A DNA stretch of 60,000 bases, taken from positions 123,940,001 to 124,000,000 of the forward strand of contig NC_086097.1 of the NCBI RefSeq assembly GCF_963921235.1, read 5' to 3'. Of the stretch, positions 26,141 to 39,404 are shown piece after piece. Numbering within the stretch: the stretch's first letter is position 1; each line of letters begins with the position of its first letter. The notes under the pieces are model-generated. The model was not told where the DNA came from. It saw only the letters and a list, made by a program, of their open reading frames with translations, and made no database searches. The stretch is from Mobula hypostoma (lineage: Eukaryota). The position numbers were made by a program, and so were the translations under genes.

Positions 26141-26389
26141 GGTTCTGAAATATACAGGAGATCTCATCTCTTTTGCCAAAATTCCATAGTTTGATAGTGA
26201 GATTCTGTCACCAAAATCCATGAAGGACTCAAATTTGCAGGAACAATGGTGTTTAGGGTGTCTTTCTTGAGAAGAGGGTATGACGATGGTTTTTCAGAAG
26301 AAGGGCACGGTACCCAAGCAGAACAAAGGTCAGCTAGCATGGAGGCCAGGAAGGTCGTCAGAGTGATAAACAATTTAGAAGCAAAGGAT

Positions 26390-26865
26390 CAATTGCACAG
26401 GAAGCAGTTCTTATGGATGACATAAGTTGGATGAGACCAGAACTGGAGATCACGGGTTAAGGATGAAAGGTGAAATATTTAAGGGAGATAAGAGGGTGGT
26501 GAGAGTGTGGAACAATGCTGGCAGTGGAAGTGGTGGGCGTGGGGCCATAGAGTATTAGACCACAGAGACAGACCATTTGGTCCATCTAGTTCACACTGAA
26601 CTCTTACCCTGCCTACCCCATCGACCTACACCTGAGCCATTGCCCTCCATACCCCTCCGAGCCATGTACCTATCCAAATTTCTCTTAAGTGTCACATCGG
26701 CCATGTTTGATCTCAACATTTAAGAAAAGTTTGGGTAAGTACATTGCTCGGAGGGGTATGTAGGGCTATGGTCTAGGTGCAGGTTGATGTAACCAAGCAG
26801 AGTAACCGTTAAGCATGTACTAGATGGGCTGAAGGACCTGTTTCAGTGCTATGTTGCCCTATGAC
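26390..26865 (+). mobile_element. Old CR1 3' fragments; minus-strand piece nested at about 26545-26690
   Basis: CR1 3' terminal motifs on both strands. Confidence 0.65.
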
Positions 26866-27159
26866 GCAAAGACTGAAAAGAAACTAGAGAAAGAAAGAGA
26901 TTTGGAAGAAGCAAAAGAGTTCCAAAATGAGATTCATTTGGTGTCAAGCTGGAGGTGAGGAAGGACCTCAGATAGTTGAATACTAAGGTTCATTCACGTA
27001 CCAGACAAAGGCACTTTGTACATATTTTTAGGGGGTGTGAGTAGAAGTTGAAGAGAAGAGGAATTTAGAAAAATGGTTGGTACTGGAGGGAAAAATAACA
27101 GGATTATGTTTATCTTCCAGGATAATCCTGGAGAAGTGGGTTGTTTTGACAAAGATTCA

Positions 27160-27775
27160 CTTCATTCACCATATATATTTACACGTATTAGGAATTTACT
27201 GTAGTGTGTTAGTTAGAGCACAAAGTGGAACAAAAAGAAATATTCAACAATTATAAAGAATATAGAATTATATAAAAATAAAGTTAGAAGTTAAGTAATG
27301 AATATGGAATAAAATGTGCATAAATACAAAAATATCAACATGTATTAATGATACAAATAGCACTATAAAAAGAGGTTTAAAGTGTTTACAGTGCATGCAG
27401 TGACAAGGGTAATAGAGGGGGTGGGGGTGGCTAACTAGAATTGTTGATCAAATTAACTGCCTGGCGGAGGAAACTTCTAAGATGGTGTAAAGGTTTTGTT
27501 ACAATAGCCCTATAGTGCTTTCCAGAAGGGAGCTTACGGAAAAGGCAGTTTGCTGGGTGGGTAGTGTCCACAATGATTATTCTTTGTCCTGGACACATAC
27601 AAATACTGCAGTGATGGTAGACTGCAGACAGTTAACCTTTTTTGCTGACCTGACAAGTTTGCTGTAATTTTCATACATTGTGGGAGGACGCTGCACCAAA
27701 CCAGACAGTAATGTCTGATGTGAGAATGCTTTCTATGATGGCAGTGTAGAATTGCACCAGTATGTTCTGGAGAAG
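27160..27775 (-). mobile_element. Rex1/Babar-like 3' fragment, family of 300-746
   Basis: Reverse complement of 380-745 and 3393-3575. Confidence 0.75.
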
Positions 27776-28421
27776 ATGGAAAGCAGGTGGTATCATTCAC
27801 CAGATTTAGGTGATGAATTGGTAAAACAATTTTAGGTCATGGATCCAATCCCAGTGAGGCAATAACTTGCTTCTGTCTTACTCCAGTTCAATATTGAGGA
27901 TGCTTTTTCTTAAACTAAAAATTAGGTAAAATTCCAGCTGCCCATTCCACAATATTAACTGAGGAACAATATGGACGAATTCCTTCCACCAGAATTTTTC
28001 ATTCTGAAAGTAAATCACTTGGTCATGGACCTAATGCAGCATTATGTGGTGCACACATTAGCTATACTGTTTGCTGATCATAGAGCATAAGTATTATATA
28101 ACTGCAACATCACAAAGGTCTGATCATGTCAAGACACATACAAGATGGTTTTTGTGCATCAATCAAACAGCTTTCCAGTGACCTTTAGTTCCCTACACAG
28201 AGCGTTCACTAGGTATATCAGTGCTGGTTGTTGCTATTTCAAATCCTAATCGTCATCATAAAATCTAACTGGTCCGACAATTGTCAAAATAAAAATTTCA
28301 GACTTCATTAGTTTTATCCTGCTATGTTATTTCACTAAGATTAATTGTAACTTCAGGATTCGAGCTATTGAGCTATCATTAGCTCTGGGAAAAGTTGAAT
28401 AAAAGAGTAAGGCAAGCGTAC

Positions 28422-28569
28422 TTCTTGGTGCACTGGTATCAGGTCTACTGAAAGGTCTTCAGCCAGGCTTTTCTCTTCCACTTCCGTAGCCCAGGGGCGA
28501 TACGTAGAATCTATATGTGGCATGCCAAATCTAGAGCTGCAGTCTAGTTGGGACAGCAGTTTTGCAATC
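28422..28569 (-). CDS. rgs22: RGS22-like coding exon 6 (IAKLLSQLDCSSRFGMPHIDSTYRPW...VHQE)
   Basis: tttacag acceptor in phase 2; matches RGS22 LAKLVSQ...SPW; donor gtacgc is less certain. Confidence 0.82.
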
Positions 28570-29156
28570 CTGTAAATGGCAACAGAAACAAAACCATAAC
28601 ACTTACAAGACAGAAACATTAATTTTTCCCCTTTTTGTTCAAAGTTCAAAATAAATACATTATCAAAATACATACAGTATACGTCACCATATACTACTCT
28701 GGGATTCACTTTCTTGCAGGCATCCATGGTAAAACAAAGAAATACAATTGATTCACAACAGAAGCCAGACACAAAGACTGACAAGCAAGCAATCTGCAAA
28801 AGATGACAAACTGTGCAAATACCAAACAAAATTGACTATATAAAGGAGATGTTTATAAATCAGAGCCTAATTCATCACATTTCTAACAATTTGACAGAGG
28901 AACTCCAGGGAGCTTTATTTGATGGAGCTCAACACGTTGGACATCGATATTGTGATGAGCAATCCAGCATTGCAATCATGATCCTTATAGTTCTCATGTT
29001 ACTGAAGGAGGTAATTTGGCCCACAGCAAGACCTGACGAAAGGTCTCAGTCCAAAACGTCCACTCTTTATTCCTCTCCACAGATGCTGATTGATCTGTAG
29101 CTTACAGCCTTTGGCAAACATAGCAGGCTGCCACCACTTCCATTCAGAACATTTAC

Positions 29157-29242
29157 CTGTACTCAAAGTAACAGTCACTCCGAATGAATGCTGGAAGCCT
29201 CTCAGATTTTATCCAAGCCATACCTTGTTCGTGATCGAGGCA
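29157..29242 (-). CDS. rgs22: RGS22-like coding exon 5, 86 nt (CLDHEQGMAWIKSERLPAFIRSDCYFEYR)
   Basis: ttttag acceptor, AG|gtaaat donor; matches RGS22 CLSREEGIKWIKKERLPAFLESDCYFEYR; phase 0 to 2. Confidence 0.95.
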
Positions 29243-30644
29243 CTAAAATTAACAACAAAATCTATCAATTTGAAGTTCTTTGAAAAGAGACAAATAACTC
29301 AAGATCTGAAAGAACTATTAATTATTGTCCTGCATCAAATTCCGGTCCTAATGATTATTATCAAATTTTAAAATTTCATCTTTTGGTTTAAATCCATGCA
29401 AGATCATACCACTGTCTACGTCCGAAGCTTCCTTCAATATTAGAGACCCTTCAACATGATGTCCTGAATCATCTCTTATGCATTGTTGTAGAGTCATAGA
29501 GCAAAAAATAGGTCCTTTGGCCCATGCTGAACTATTATTCTGCCTATTCCTATTGATCTGTAGCCTGAACCATAGCCCTCTATATCCCTCCCATCAATGA
29601 ACTTCTCATTGTGCTCTTAATCACTTAGATCATTTAGGATATTGTTATTTTACTTAAGGACCCTAAAACCTTTTTCAAAATGTACTTTCTGTATCTCATG
29701 TTAACATAAAACTTCCTGTAATCCCATGTTTTGCTGGTGACACCTAGTAGATTTTCTGGACTCTATTAGATGTTATTTCTAATAATATTCCAACACCCTT
29801 TTAATTCACTTCTTTTTAGTATTATAATAATTTTTTCCAGTGAACTAGGTTGAAGGAGAGTGCAAGAACCAGGACCCAGTCAGTGGGAAGGAGTGCAGGC
29901 CTGAAGCCCTAGTTCAAAGACTCACAGTACATTTATGATCAAAGTATTTATGCAGTATGTAGCCCTGAGATTTGTGTTCCCCCAGGCAGCCACGAAACAA
30001 AGAAATACCATGGAACCCATTCAAAGAAAACATCAAACACCCAACATGCAAAAAAGAGAACAAATAGCACGAATGGCAAAAAAAATGAGTGAAAACCCCA
30101 CCATATATAAAACATCAAACCATAGAGTCATTGAAGCAATGTAGAAATGTTCCGTTTAGTTCAGTTCAATTTGGTGCTGTGTCGTTCATTGCCTGCAGGC
30201 CTCAGAGCCAGTCTGCCCTGATCACCTTCGCACAAAATAGCAATTTTAAAAAAGTAACCGGAAACACATACAGTGTCTAATAAAAAGTATTGAATGACCT
30301 ACCCGATCCACAATATGTTTTCTCCCCCAGTCACTTTGATGGAAGGGAAACTCCATAGAACTAACAATAAACGGCCAATGAGCTCCTCATAGCTTTAAGC
30401 TTTCACAGACACTAGGTTTGATTGTATATAACTGCAAACTGATTCCAATTTCCAGTGAAGGTTTCACCCAAGTTGTGTGCCTTTTTTTCTTTAAGAGGTT
30501 ACATTTACAGCAATTTCAAATTTCACATGGAAATTTTTGATATATGTTATCTTAATTATATATTTGATATTATTTTTCTTAATCTTAAGTATAACAAAAT
30601 TGAACATACAGTAAATATAATGAAACTATGTATTATATACCTAC

Positions 30645-30866
30645 CATTACAACGTATGTATCATCAAATTTGACATCCAGATTGGTCTCATTTTGTTTGG
30701 GCTGAGAATATTTTCTTTTAGACTTGATCGTCACATTATAGATGGGGTCCACAGGCAAAAGAGCTTGCACCAGACTCTTTAAATGTTTCCGAAGCTTTTC
30801 CTTGGCATTGTCAACAATCTCAAATGTCCCAGTAGCCTTATTAAACCAAATTGGCATCGGAAAATT
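30645..30866 (-). CDS. rgs22: RGS22-like coding exon 4, 222 nt (NFPMPIWFNKATGTFEIV...DDTYVVM)
   Basis: ttcacag acceptor, gtaggt donor; aligns to RGS22 TFSEAIRFNADYGVFEV...NPIYDV...YNIM; phase 0 to 0. Confidence 0.93.
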
Positions 30867-30984
30867 CTGTGAAGCAAATAAGTGGTTTCAGGTTTTATGC
30901 ACAGGAAGAAATTATCTTTCGCCAGCAGGGTTGCCAACTCAGCAGAATTGACCTGGAATCTTCTAGAAATGAACAACGTTTCAC

Positions 30985-31312
30985 TTCAAAGTTCAAAGTT
31001 TATAGTTTAAAGTAGATTTAGTATCCATGTAAGTATATGTCACCATATACTACCTTGAGATTCATTTGCATGCAGGCATTCACAGTAGAACAAAAAATAG
31101 AATAAAATCTCTGCAAAAATACACACTATCAAACACAACTGATGTGTAAAGGACAAACTGCAAATAATATAAATAAATACATAAATAGATAAGCAAACAT
31201 AAATAAATCGATAGACAGACAATGCTGAGAACATGAGTTGAGGGGTGTTTGAAAGTCAGCCCATAGGTTGTGGAATCAGTTCAGAGTTGAGGTGAGTGAA
31301 GTTATACATGCT
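30985..31312 (-). mobile_element. Rex1/Babar 3' UTR fragment; similar pieces at 28640-28830, 29910-30270, 31540-31780 (+), 36690-37210 (+), 41230-41540 (+)
   Basis: Family terminus tcaaagttcaaag...gtcaccatatactaccttgagattc. Confidence 0.7.
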
Positions 31313-31922
31313 GTATTGGATCATTTCACTCACTTCAATTATAGATTCCTTCTCACGCTGGATTTTCTTCTGGACACGCTTCAGGCCTTGGGAATCAACA
31401 TTGGTTAGCAGAGGAAAGTGGTGCTGGGACAAAATATCCTTTATTTAATGGCCCAGCAGATCTAAGGGGCTGAATGGCCTACTCCTGCTTCTATTTCTTA
31501 TGCATTTGCCATGCCATCTTTTTGCTTAAGACAACTGCACTGCTCCAAAGAGCGCTATATGAGGTCTTTCTTATCCTTGGCCATTAGGCTCTATAATGAG
31601 TCAACCCATAGCTAGGGAAGTGATGACCCCCCCCCCCTCCTGTTTGACTGTTTGAGCTAACTTATTTTTTATTCTTTCTTACTTCTCTTCTAATATTTCT
31701 ATATCTGTGCACTTGTAATGCTACTGTGACATGGTAATTTCCTTGGGGATCAATAAAGTATCAATCAATCTATCTATATATCTTTTCTATGAACAGATTT
31801 AGGGAATTAAAGCCTCCATATCAGCCTATGACGCAACCAGTCAAAATCCTGTTCACCGTATCTCTACAGTAATTTGCAAAAGGTTTTTTGGTGACATACC
31901 AAATCTCCTCAAACTCCTTTTC

Positions 31923-34298
31923 CAGGGGTGGTGCTAAGGTGGTGCTAGCTGGTGCTATAGCCCCAGCAGAAATTGCAATAGCACCAGTGTAGCACCACCA
32001 AGAAATTAACTGAAATTTCACATACAAATTGCAGCTGCTTTGCTTTCTCTGTATAGTTTTGAATACAGCTTGTTTCTCCAGTTGATCTAGTGAAACAGTG
32101 CCCCCAATTACCATAGCACCCACGCAGCAATAATGTTATAAACTCTCTCAGATCCACTCTACACTTCTGCTTAGTCATTCATTGTCGATGTCTTGCCGTT
32201 GCTGTCCTCAGATCAGTTAAGCTGATCTAAGATCACTTAATGTCACTCACTCTCACTCACACAAGAGATTGGTAGTATACATCCAGGCGTAGATCCATGG
32301 TCTCGCGAGACTAATGGATGGCACACACACACACACACACATTGTGCTTTTACAAGCTAGCACGTGCCTGGCACATGCATTATTTTGGCCGGCGTAAAAA
32401 ATGGATCGATTTTTAGTGAGAAAATGACCTCATCCAGAGGAATCAGTGGTGTCTCAGCCTGAGCATGTCTTAATTGAAAGAGACATGCAGAAAGAAGTAA
32501 GTGGGGATGAGGACGACAGCAGTTCATCGAAGAGTGTGAGGGCGAAGTAAGGGAACAAGAGATGGAGCGGGATTCGGAAGAGAATGTGGATGAAGCTGCT
32601 CTTAGTACTAGTGGGAATACTGTTAGCAATGTTAGCCAGCAGCCTGAGGAAGGACCCTGTCGGCCAGCATTGAAAAAGTACCCTTCGCTGCTCGCGACAA
32701 GTTTGGCAATCAGCAAAGGAGTTTTATTCGTGGCTGCACGCATAAAAGTTGCTGGTGGACGCAGCAGGCCAGGCAGCATCTCTAGGAAGAGGTACAGTCG
32801 ATGTTTCAGGCCATCTCGGCCCGAAACGTCGACTGTACCTCTTCCTAGAGATGCTGCCTGGCCTGCTGCGTTCACCAGCAACTTTTATGTGTGTTGCTTG
32901 AAATTCCAGCATCTGCAGATTTCCTTATGTTTGCATTTATTTGTGGCTGTTTTGACTGACTGGAATATTCGATCATGAAAGATGCTACATTCTGCTTCGC
33001 ATGCAGGCATTTCCTGTGTGGAGGACATGGGTTCCATTCTGAGTCTACCTTTACTGTCACCGATTACCGCAACTGGTGGAAAGCTACAACAGCTTTCAAA
33101 ACCCACCATGTAAGTGCAGCTCATAAGTTTGCTATGTCGGCATGGGCCGAATTCAGATTGAGAAAACAAGACAGTTCAAGATTGGGAAATATGCTTGATA
33201 AAGGACATGCAAAGATTGTCCAAGAACATCGTGAGTATATGAGAGCTGTGGTGAAGTCTCTAGCAAGGACAGACAGTGAATGACACAGTGGAATTTCTAG
33301 CTCAAATGAGACCCTACCGCGATGCATTTATAGATTTATACAAACTAATCTGCATATCACTGACTCTGCCTGTTACATCTGCCTCAGGCAAATGGAGTTT
33401 CCCTTGCCTCAGATGCCTCAAAAACTACTTAAGGAATAGCAGCGGTGATGCTCGGAACAGCAACTTTACCCTGTTGGCCATAAACAGCCGGAGGACCAAA
33501 GCGCTTGACATCCAGAAAATCATTGATGCTTTCACCACCAATCACAACAACAGACGGATTGTGCTTCTCTGAAAACATTAATGGTGAGTGCAGTTGATTT
33601 TTTTTAAATTTGGGCCAAGACTAATGCTGATTATTATTATTATTTTGTGGTGGATACCCCATAGTCCTTATGTTTCCTGCAAATCCTAAACTATTACATT
33701 TACTGCTATTAAGCCTACTGGTTTTGCTTAAACTTCCAAGCGGTGATTTTGTTGATTTTTGTTTTAAATTCAGTAGCCGAATTAATTGAGGTATTGCATG
33801 GTCAGAGGACGATTTGTCCAACTCCTGGTAAAGCCTTGCATCTGTTGTTTGCCTTATTTGACTTTAATAATAGTGTATCTTTTGGCATTGTCTGTCTATG
33901 TAATGTGAATAGCAGTGGACATTGTGGGTTAATGTTTTGTTTTTCAGCTGAAAAGCACACATTTGACGCTGATTGCAGGATTGGTGCGTGTTTCACGTTG
34001 TGCGCTGTGGGTCGGATGCTCTGTTGGTTTGTTTGTTTATGCTCTGTGTAGCCCAGGTTGTCTCCGATGCTGTTGACACTGTCACAGTTCACTTCTATAT
34101 TAGATCTGTCAATTGCTGTTGCTTGTGAATCAACAGAGGCATTTATAGTAGGCACATAATGTTTGAAACTGACTTTTGAACGCCATGCATCTGGCCTTGC
34201 GAATACATATTACCATAGGGTACATCCCTCAATACCATCACTGAATAATTCAGCCCCACTGTAGCACCAGCAAGAAAAAATCTCTGGCACCGCCACTG
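31923..34298 (+). mobile_element. hAT-Tip100-type transposon, internally deleted (ZMYM1-like transposase remnants)
   Basis: TIRs caggggtggtgcta / tggcaccgccactg; perfect 8-bp TSD tccttttc; TTF zinc finger KDATFCFACRHF...H; C-terminal LTLPVTSAS..SF..L..LKNYLR. Confidence 0.92.
32737..32935. mobile_element. Foldback Penelope-derived element (about 76-bp inverted arms)
   Basis: Arms 32737-32812 and 32818-32893; 14-bp TSD tttatt(c/t)gtggctg. Confidence 0.88.
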
Positions 34299-34299
34299 T

Positions 34300-34800
34300 C
34301 CTTTTCCCAGGGTAGAAATAGCCAGTAAAAGAAGGCGTAATTTCAAAGTGTTTGGAAGAAAGTATAGGGGGATGTCAAAGATAGTTTTGTTTTACACAGA
34401 GAGTGATGGGTCTGTGGAATGAACTGCCAGGACTGCAGTAGAGGCAGATACATTAGGGATATTTAAGAGACTTAACAGGGTATTTAAGAAAAGAATGAGG
34501 AGAATCCAGTGAAATGATTAGGCCTCCTACCGGCAGAGGGCTCTCTCTGTTTTGAGTGTGCAAGTTTTAGTCTTGGCGGGCCTGCTTTGTAGCTCCCACA
34601 CTGTAAACTGCCGAGATGTACTCAGTAAAAACATTTAATAATACTACTCTGTTGTCATTCTTGCTCTGGGCATATCTAACAGGCACATGGATGAAAGAAA
34701 AATGGAGGACAATGTAGGAGAGAAGGGTTAGAATGATCTTGAAGTAGGTTAAAAGGTTAGCACAACATTATGGGCTGAAGGGATCACACTGTTCTATGAA
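34300..34800 (+). mobile_element. Old CR1 3' fragment with a 197-bp insertion at 34480-34676
   Basis: CR1 3' motifs; taacagg duplicated around the insertion. Confidence 0.7.
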
Positions 34801-35043
34801 ACTTAAACTATACCAAGTGTAATTAAAATACCAAATTCATCTAACTTCAATTTCTACAGTTTAGATCACAAAGATCAGCCTTTCAGAGAATAGTTTTTAT
34901 CCCCACAGTAGATATACAACAGAATTGGAATCCTTCTATTGAGAAAAAAAACTTTTAGTTAAATTAAATAATATTCTGTAGTACTGTTGTCATCACAATG
35001 TGGCATTTATCTAAATTTGTTGGCACCATTTGAGTAATAATTA

Positions 35044-36505
35044 CACTCTGTGACCACTTTATTAGGTACAGTTTCACACCTGCTCGTTAATGCAAATAAT
35101 CTAATCAGCCAATCGTGTGGCAGCAGCTCAATGCATAAAAGCATGCAGACATGGTCAAGAGGTTCAGTTGTTGATTAGGGTAGATTGGGAACAGGAATTG
35201 GGGTTTACCATTTCCGTGGATGACTGGGGGCAGATTTTACAATTAGTCAATACTTCCTCTATCTGTGCTAAACATTCCCTAATTTAATTTAAAGTTGTTC
35301 ATAGAGCTCATATGTCCAAAGATAAGTTAGCGCGCTTTTATTCTCATATTAATCCTTTTTGTGATAGATGTCCGGGGTAGATAGCCTCATTAACTCATAT
35401 GTTTTGGTCTTGCCCTACTTTGGAAACTTTTTGGAGAGACATTTTTAATATTATCTCCAAGGTATTGATTATAGATATCTCTCCTCACCCTATTACTGCT
35501 ATCTTTGGACTACCTAAAATTTCCAGTAATCTTTCCCCTTTAGCCCGTAGAATGATTGCATTTCTTACTTTAATGGCGAAAAGATGTATCTTACAACATT
35601 GGAAAGAGCTTAATGCTCCAACTACCTTTTTTTGGTTTTCTCAGACCATATTATGTTTGAATCTGGAGAAAATTAGAAGCAATCTTTATGACTCCTCATT
35701 TAAATTTGAACAGATTTGGAGATCTTTTATTCAATATTTTCATTTAATGTAATATATACCCTTCTTGTTTTTTTTTACTGTTTTTAATGGAGGTCGGGAT
35801 TGAGGACGTGATTTTAAGTTTAACTCTGTCTGGTTTCTAGTTAGCCCATTGCTTTGCTTTGCTTTTAGTTAGTTGCACGGTGGGTTTTTTTTTGGGGGGG
35901 GGTGTTTCCTTTTCTCTATTGATATATATATAAAATTAGTATACTATTATGTTACCTTGGTATGTTATGTTTAAATTACATTGTTTGTAGTTTTTTTTTT
36001 GCATTACTATCTTCTGTAATTTTATTATATTCTAACAGTGTATTAGTGTCTATATGGCTTACCTTTTTGTATACTTATTCAATAAAAAGATTTAAAAAGA
36101 AAAGAGGTTCAGTTGTTGTTCAGACCAAACATCAGAATGGGGAAGAAATGTGATCTAAGTGACTTGGACCATGGAATGATTGTTGGTGCCAGATTGGGTG
36201 GTTTGAGTCTCTCCGGGGATTTTCATGCACAGAAGTCTCTTGAGTTTACAGACAATGGTGCGATAAACAGAAAACATCCAGGGAACAGCAGTTCTGTGAG
36301 CAAGAACGCTCTGTTAATGAGAAGTCAGAGAAGAATTGCCAGACAGGTTTAAGGTGACAGGAAGGCGACAGAAGCTCAAATAACCGTGTGTTACAATGTG
36401 GTGTGCAGAACAGCCTCTCTGAAGGCACAACAATTTGAACCTTGCAGTGAATGGGCTGCAGCAGAAAAAGGCCACTCCTGTATCTAATAAAGCAGCCACT
36501 GAGTG
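35044..36505 (+). mobile_element. Tc1-like element interrupted by L1
   Basis: Left TIR cactctgtgaccactttattaggtaca; right end aataaagcagccactgagtg. Confidence 0.85.
35174..36101 (+). mobile_element. L1/Tx1-clade 3' fragment
   Basis: CDRC...HMFWSC zinc-binding motif; AATAAA at 36081; 17-bp TSD aagaggttcagttgttg. Confidence 0.92.
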
Positions 36506-37900
36506 CATCAAATAACCATAAGATAATATACTGTTTAAAGTAATTTGCAGATGTTACTTAAGAAAAAGGAACCAGCTGTGCAAGCTTCAATATTGTCTGT
36601 GATCATGCCTGTGATGATCACGTCACAGGCCTGTGATGTTCTGAGCTGTATCACAATTTTTTGTAGGCTTTTCCGTTCTTGAACACCAATGCCCAGGCAT
36701 GGAAAAGCCTACAAAAAGTGGTGGACACAGCCCAGTCCATCACATGAAAGCCTTCTCCACCACTGAGCTCATCTGCACATCTACAAGGAGCGCTGGCACA
36801 GGAAAACAGCATCCATTACCAAGGACCTGCACCATCCATGCCATGCTCTCTTCTCACTTCTACCACTGGGCAGGAGGTACAGGAGCCATAGGTAACACAG
36901 CACCAGGTCTAGGAAGTTCCAAACATCAGGCTCCTGGACCAGCACCAATAACCTCAATTCTGAACTGATTCCACAATCTATGGACTCACTTTCAAGGACT
37001 CTACAGCTTATATTCTCAATATTGTTTATTTATTTATTTGCACAGATTGCTTTCTTTTACACATTGGTTGCCTGCCCTTTGTTGTGTGTAGTTTTTCATG
37101 GATTCTATTCTATTTTTTCCTACAGTGAATGCCAGTAAGAAAATGAATCTCAGGGTTGTATATAGTGACATATGTGTACTTTGATAATACATTTACTTTA
37201 AACTTTCATTTTTGAATATCACAACAAAAGCAGCACTTTAAAAGTACTTTGCAACAACCTGGCAGGAATGTGGAAGATGCTAGTCATCTATGTGAGTCCA
37301 GTGTTACCTGGTGTGGTTGACTTTTGGCTATCTTTTGAAGTGGTCCAACAAGCCAACTGTAGCAAATTGATTCCAGTGGAAAGGACTAGAAAATTAATAC
37401 TGCCCTCATTGACAATGATTCATATCCCTAAGCTAAATTTGAAAAGCTATCCTTATTTTAAGTATTTAAATCTATTTGAATATTTATTTTCAGGTGTCTG
37501 ATAAATTCTAAAGCTTTTCACATCAAGGTATCTCAGGTTGAGTTTCAGAGATAGACCAACAGAGGCTTAAACCAACCACTTATGTACCTTGCTGGAGCAT
37601 CTCAGGTACAGAGAGTCCGTTTGCTTGCTTCTCCACTTTCGGAAAAGGCAGGTGAATACCATGGATATATGGGCAATATCAACCCATCCACATTAGACAA
37701 AAACTACTTCACTCCAAGAACAGAGATGCTCATTTTCAGTCCTATATTCACTATAAGCACTTGGCAAAGAGCTCCTCTTCTACAAAAGCTCTTTCTAAGC
37801 CTGCCAATAATTTGAAGACCTTTTTGTGTTTATTTGTGGAATGCCACTCACCATAGTTTCAGAATGCCTGTGGCACTGTTATAACTAATAAACCACTTAC

Positions 37901-37963
37901 CAGCAAAGCAAGAAATACATTGAAATAATCCACCAGTAGGTCATCAGTTAGTAAAAAGTCTTC
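37901..37963 (-). CDS. rgs22: RGS22-like coding exon 3, 63 nt (EDFLLTDDLLVDYFNVFLALL)
   Basis: polypyrimidine plus cag acceptor, gtaagt donor; matches RGS22 EDSLATDDFLVDYFNEFLSLP. Confidence 0.95.
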
Positions 37964-38559
37964 CTGAAAGAAGAAAGAAAACAGGAATAGTAAACACAAA
38001 AGATTCTGCAGATGCTGGAAATCTTAAGCAACACTCACAAAATGCTAGAGGAACTCAGTAGGTCGGGCAGTATCTACGGAGAGGAATAAGCAGTCAGAGT
38101 TATTTTTTTTTAACTCTCTTCATCCCCTTTCTTGTTTTCTTTAGTTATGGAAAATAGTGGTTTTGCAGTTTTAAAAAGGACATCTATCTCATGCTAAATG
38201 TTCCTAACCCAAATTCAAAAGAATTGGGTCAATGTGCCATTTTCATTGACAATTCTGCACATCTCATTACCATCATAAGTCAGGGCAATATTCAAAATTA
38301 AATCTAAGTCCTTTCAGGAAGGTACATTGTTTTTAATCAGTAATATTTCTTTGGATTTAAAGCAAGCATATGATCATAGATTCTTATCAAACACAGAAGA
38401 CAGCAGTTTAGTTCACCGTCCTATACTAGCTCCTTTAATCACCCATTCAATTAGTTCCACATTCCTAATTTTAACCAGTTGCTCTGTAAACATGTTTTTT
38501 ACTTTTAGAATCTCAGCTAATGAATGTAATATGTAATTTAATATGTAATGTAGGGGCCA

Positions 38560-38940
38560 TTGAAGGATCCTATCCCAGAATGCCCTTTCTTGTCTCTTTA
38601 CAACTCACATCCTGCCTATCCTCCAGAATCAACATCCTATGCAACCCAAATTCTCTACCTTCTTCTCCTTCTTTAAGGCCAGCATGATTTTTTCCATCAT
38701 CCATGTGCATCTCTAAGAGTATCTTAAATGATGTCGCTACCTCACCCCCACCCCGGGCAGGGCGTTTTATGCACTCACCATTCTCTGTGTAAAATACTTT
38801 CAACTGACATCCACCCCTTCCCCCTTATATCTTCCTCCAATCTCCGTAAATTGTGCCCCCTCATATTAGCCATTTCCACCCTGGGAAAGTCTCTGGCTGT
38901 CTACTCAATCTATGGCTCTTGTCATCTTGTACACCTCTAG
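38560..38940 (-). mobile_element. Old CR1 3' fragment
   Basis: gcactcaccattctctgtgtaaaa...gccatttccaccctgggaaa. Confidence 0.7.
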
Positions 38941-38944
38941 CAAG

Positions 38945-39195
38945 TTGGCATGGTAACGTAGTGGTTAGCACAGCACTTTACAGTTCAGACGACCTGGGTA
39001 CAGATTACTTTGTTGCCTTTAAGCAGTTTTTATGTTTTTCCCATGACCTCCAGGTGCTCCTGTTTCCTCTCACAGTCCAAAGACCAGATGGTAGATTAAT
39101 TGATCATTGTAAATTGATTAGGCTAGGTTAAATCAGGGGATTGCTGGGCACCATGGCTCGAAGTGCCACAGAGCCTATACTGTGCTGTATCTCAA
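38945..39195 (+). mobile_element. V-SINE (HE1-like)
   Basis: tggcatggtaacgtagtggttagcac head; ctcacagtccaaagac; CR1-like tail ctgtgctgtatctc. Confidence 0.75.
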
Positions 39196-39404
39196 TTTTT
39201 TTTAAAGTCACCTTTTTTGTCCTTTTTTCTAAACATCATTTGCCTTGGGTGGCCTATCTATTTTTTCACTGCACTTCTACAATGTTTGGAATGCTCTATA
39301 AATGTAAGCAAGCAACTTCGAAATTGATTAAACCATTTATCGTGTATATCTTCATCTTTGTCTTGACAAGCATTTTCATGCCGTGTAAGAGTTTTATTTT
39401 ACAC

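Noticed and set aside
30905..30965. VNSAELATLLAKDNFFL resembling the RGS22 N-terminus just upstream of exon 4
   Set aside because: Much better exon 2 and exon 3 matches exist at 41612-41640 and 37901-37963; no donor site, and out of frame with exon 4
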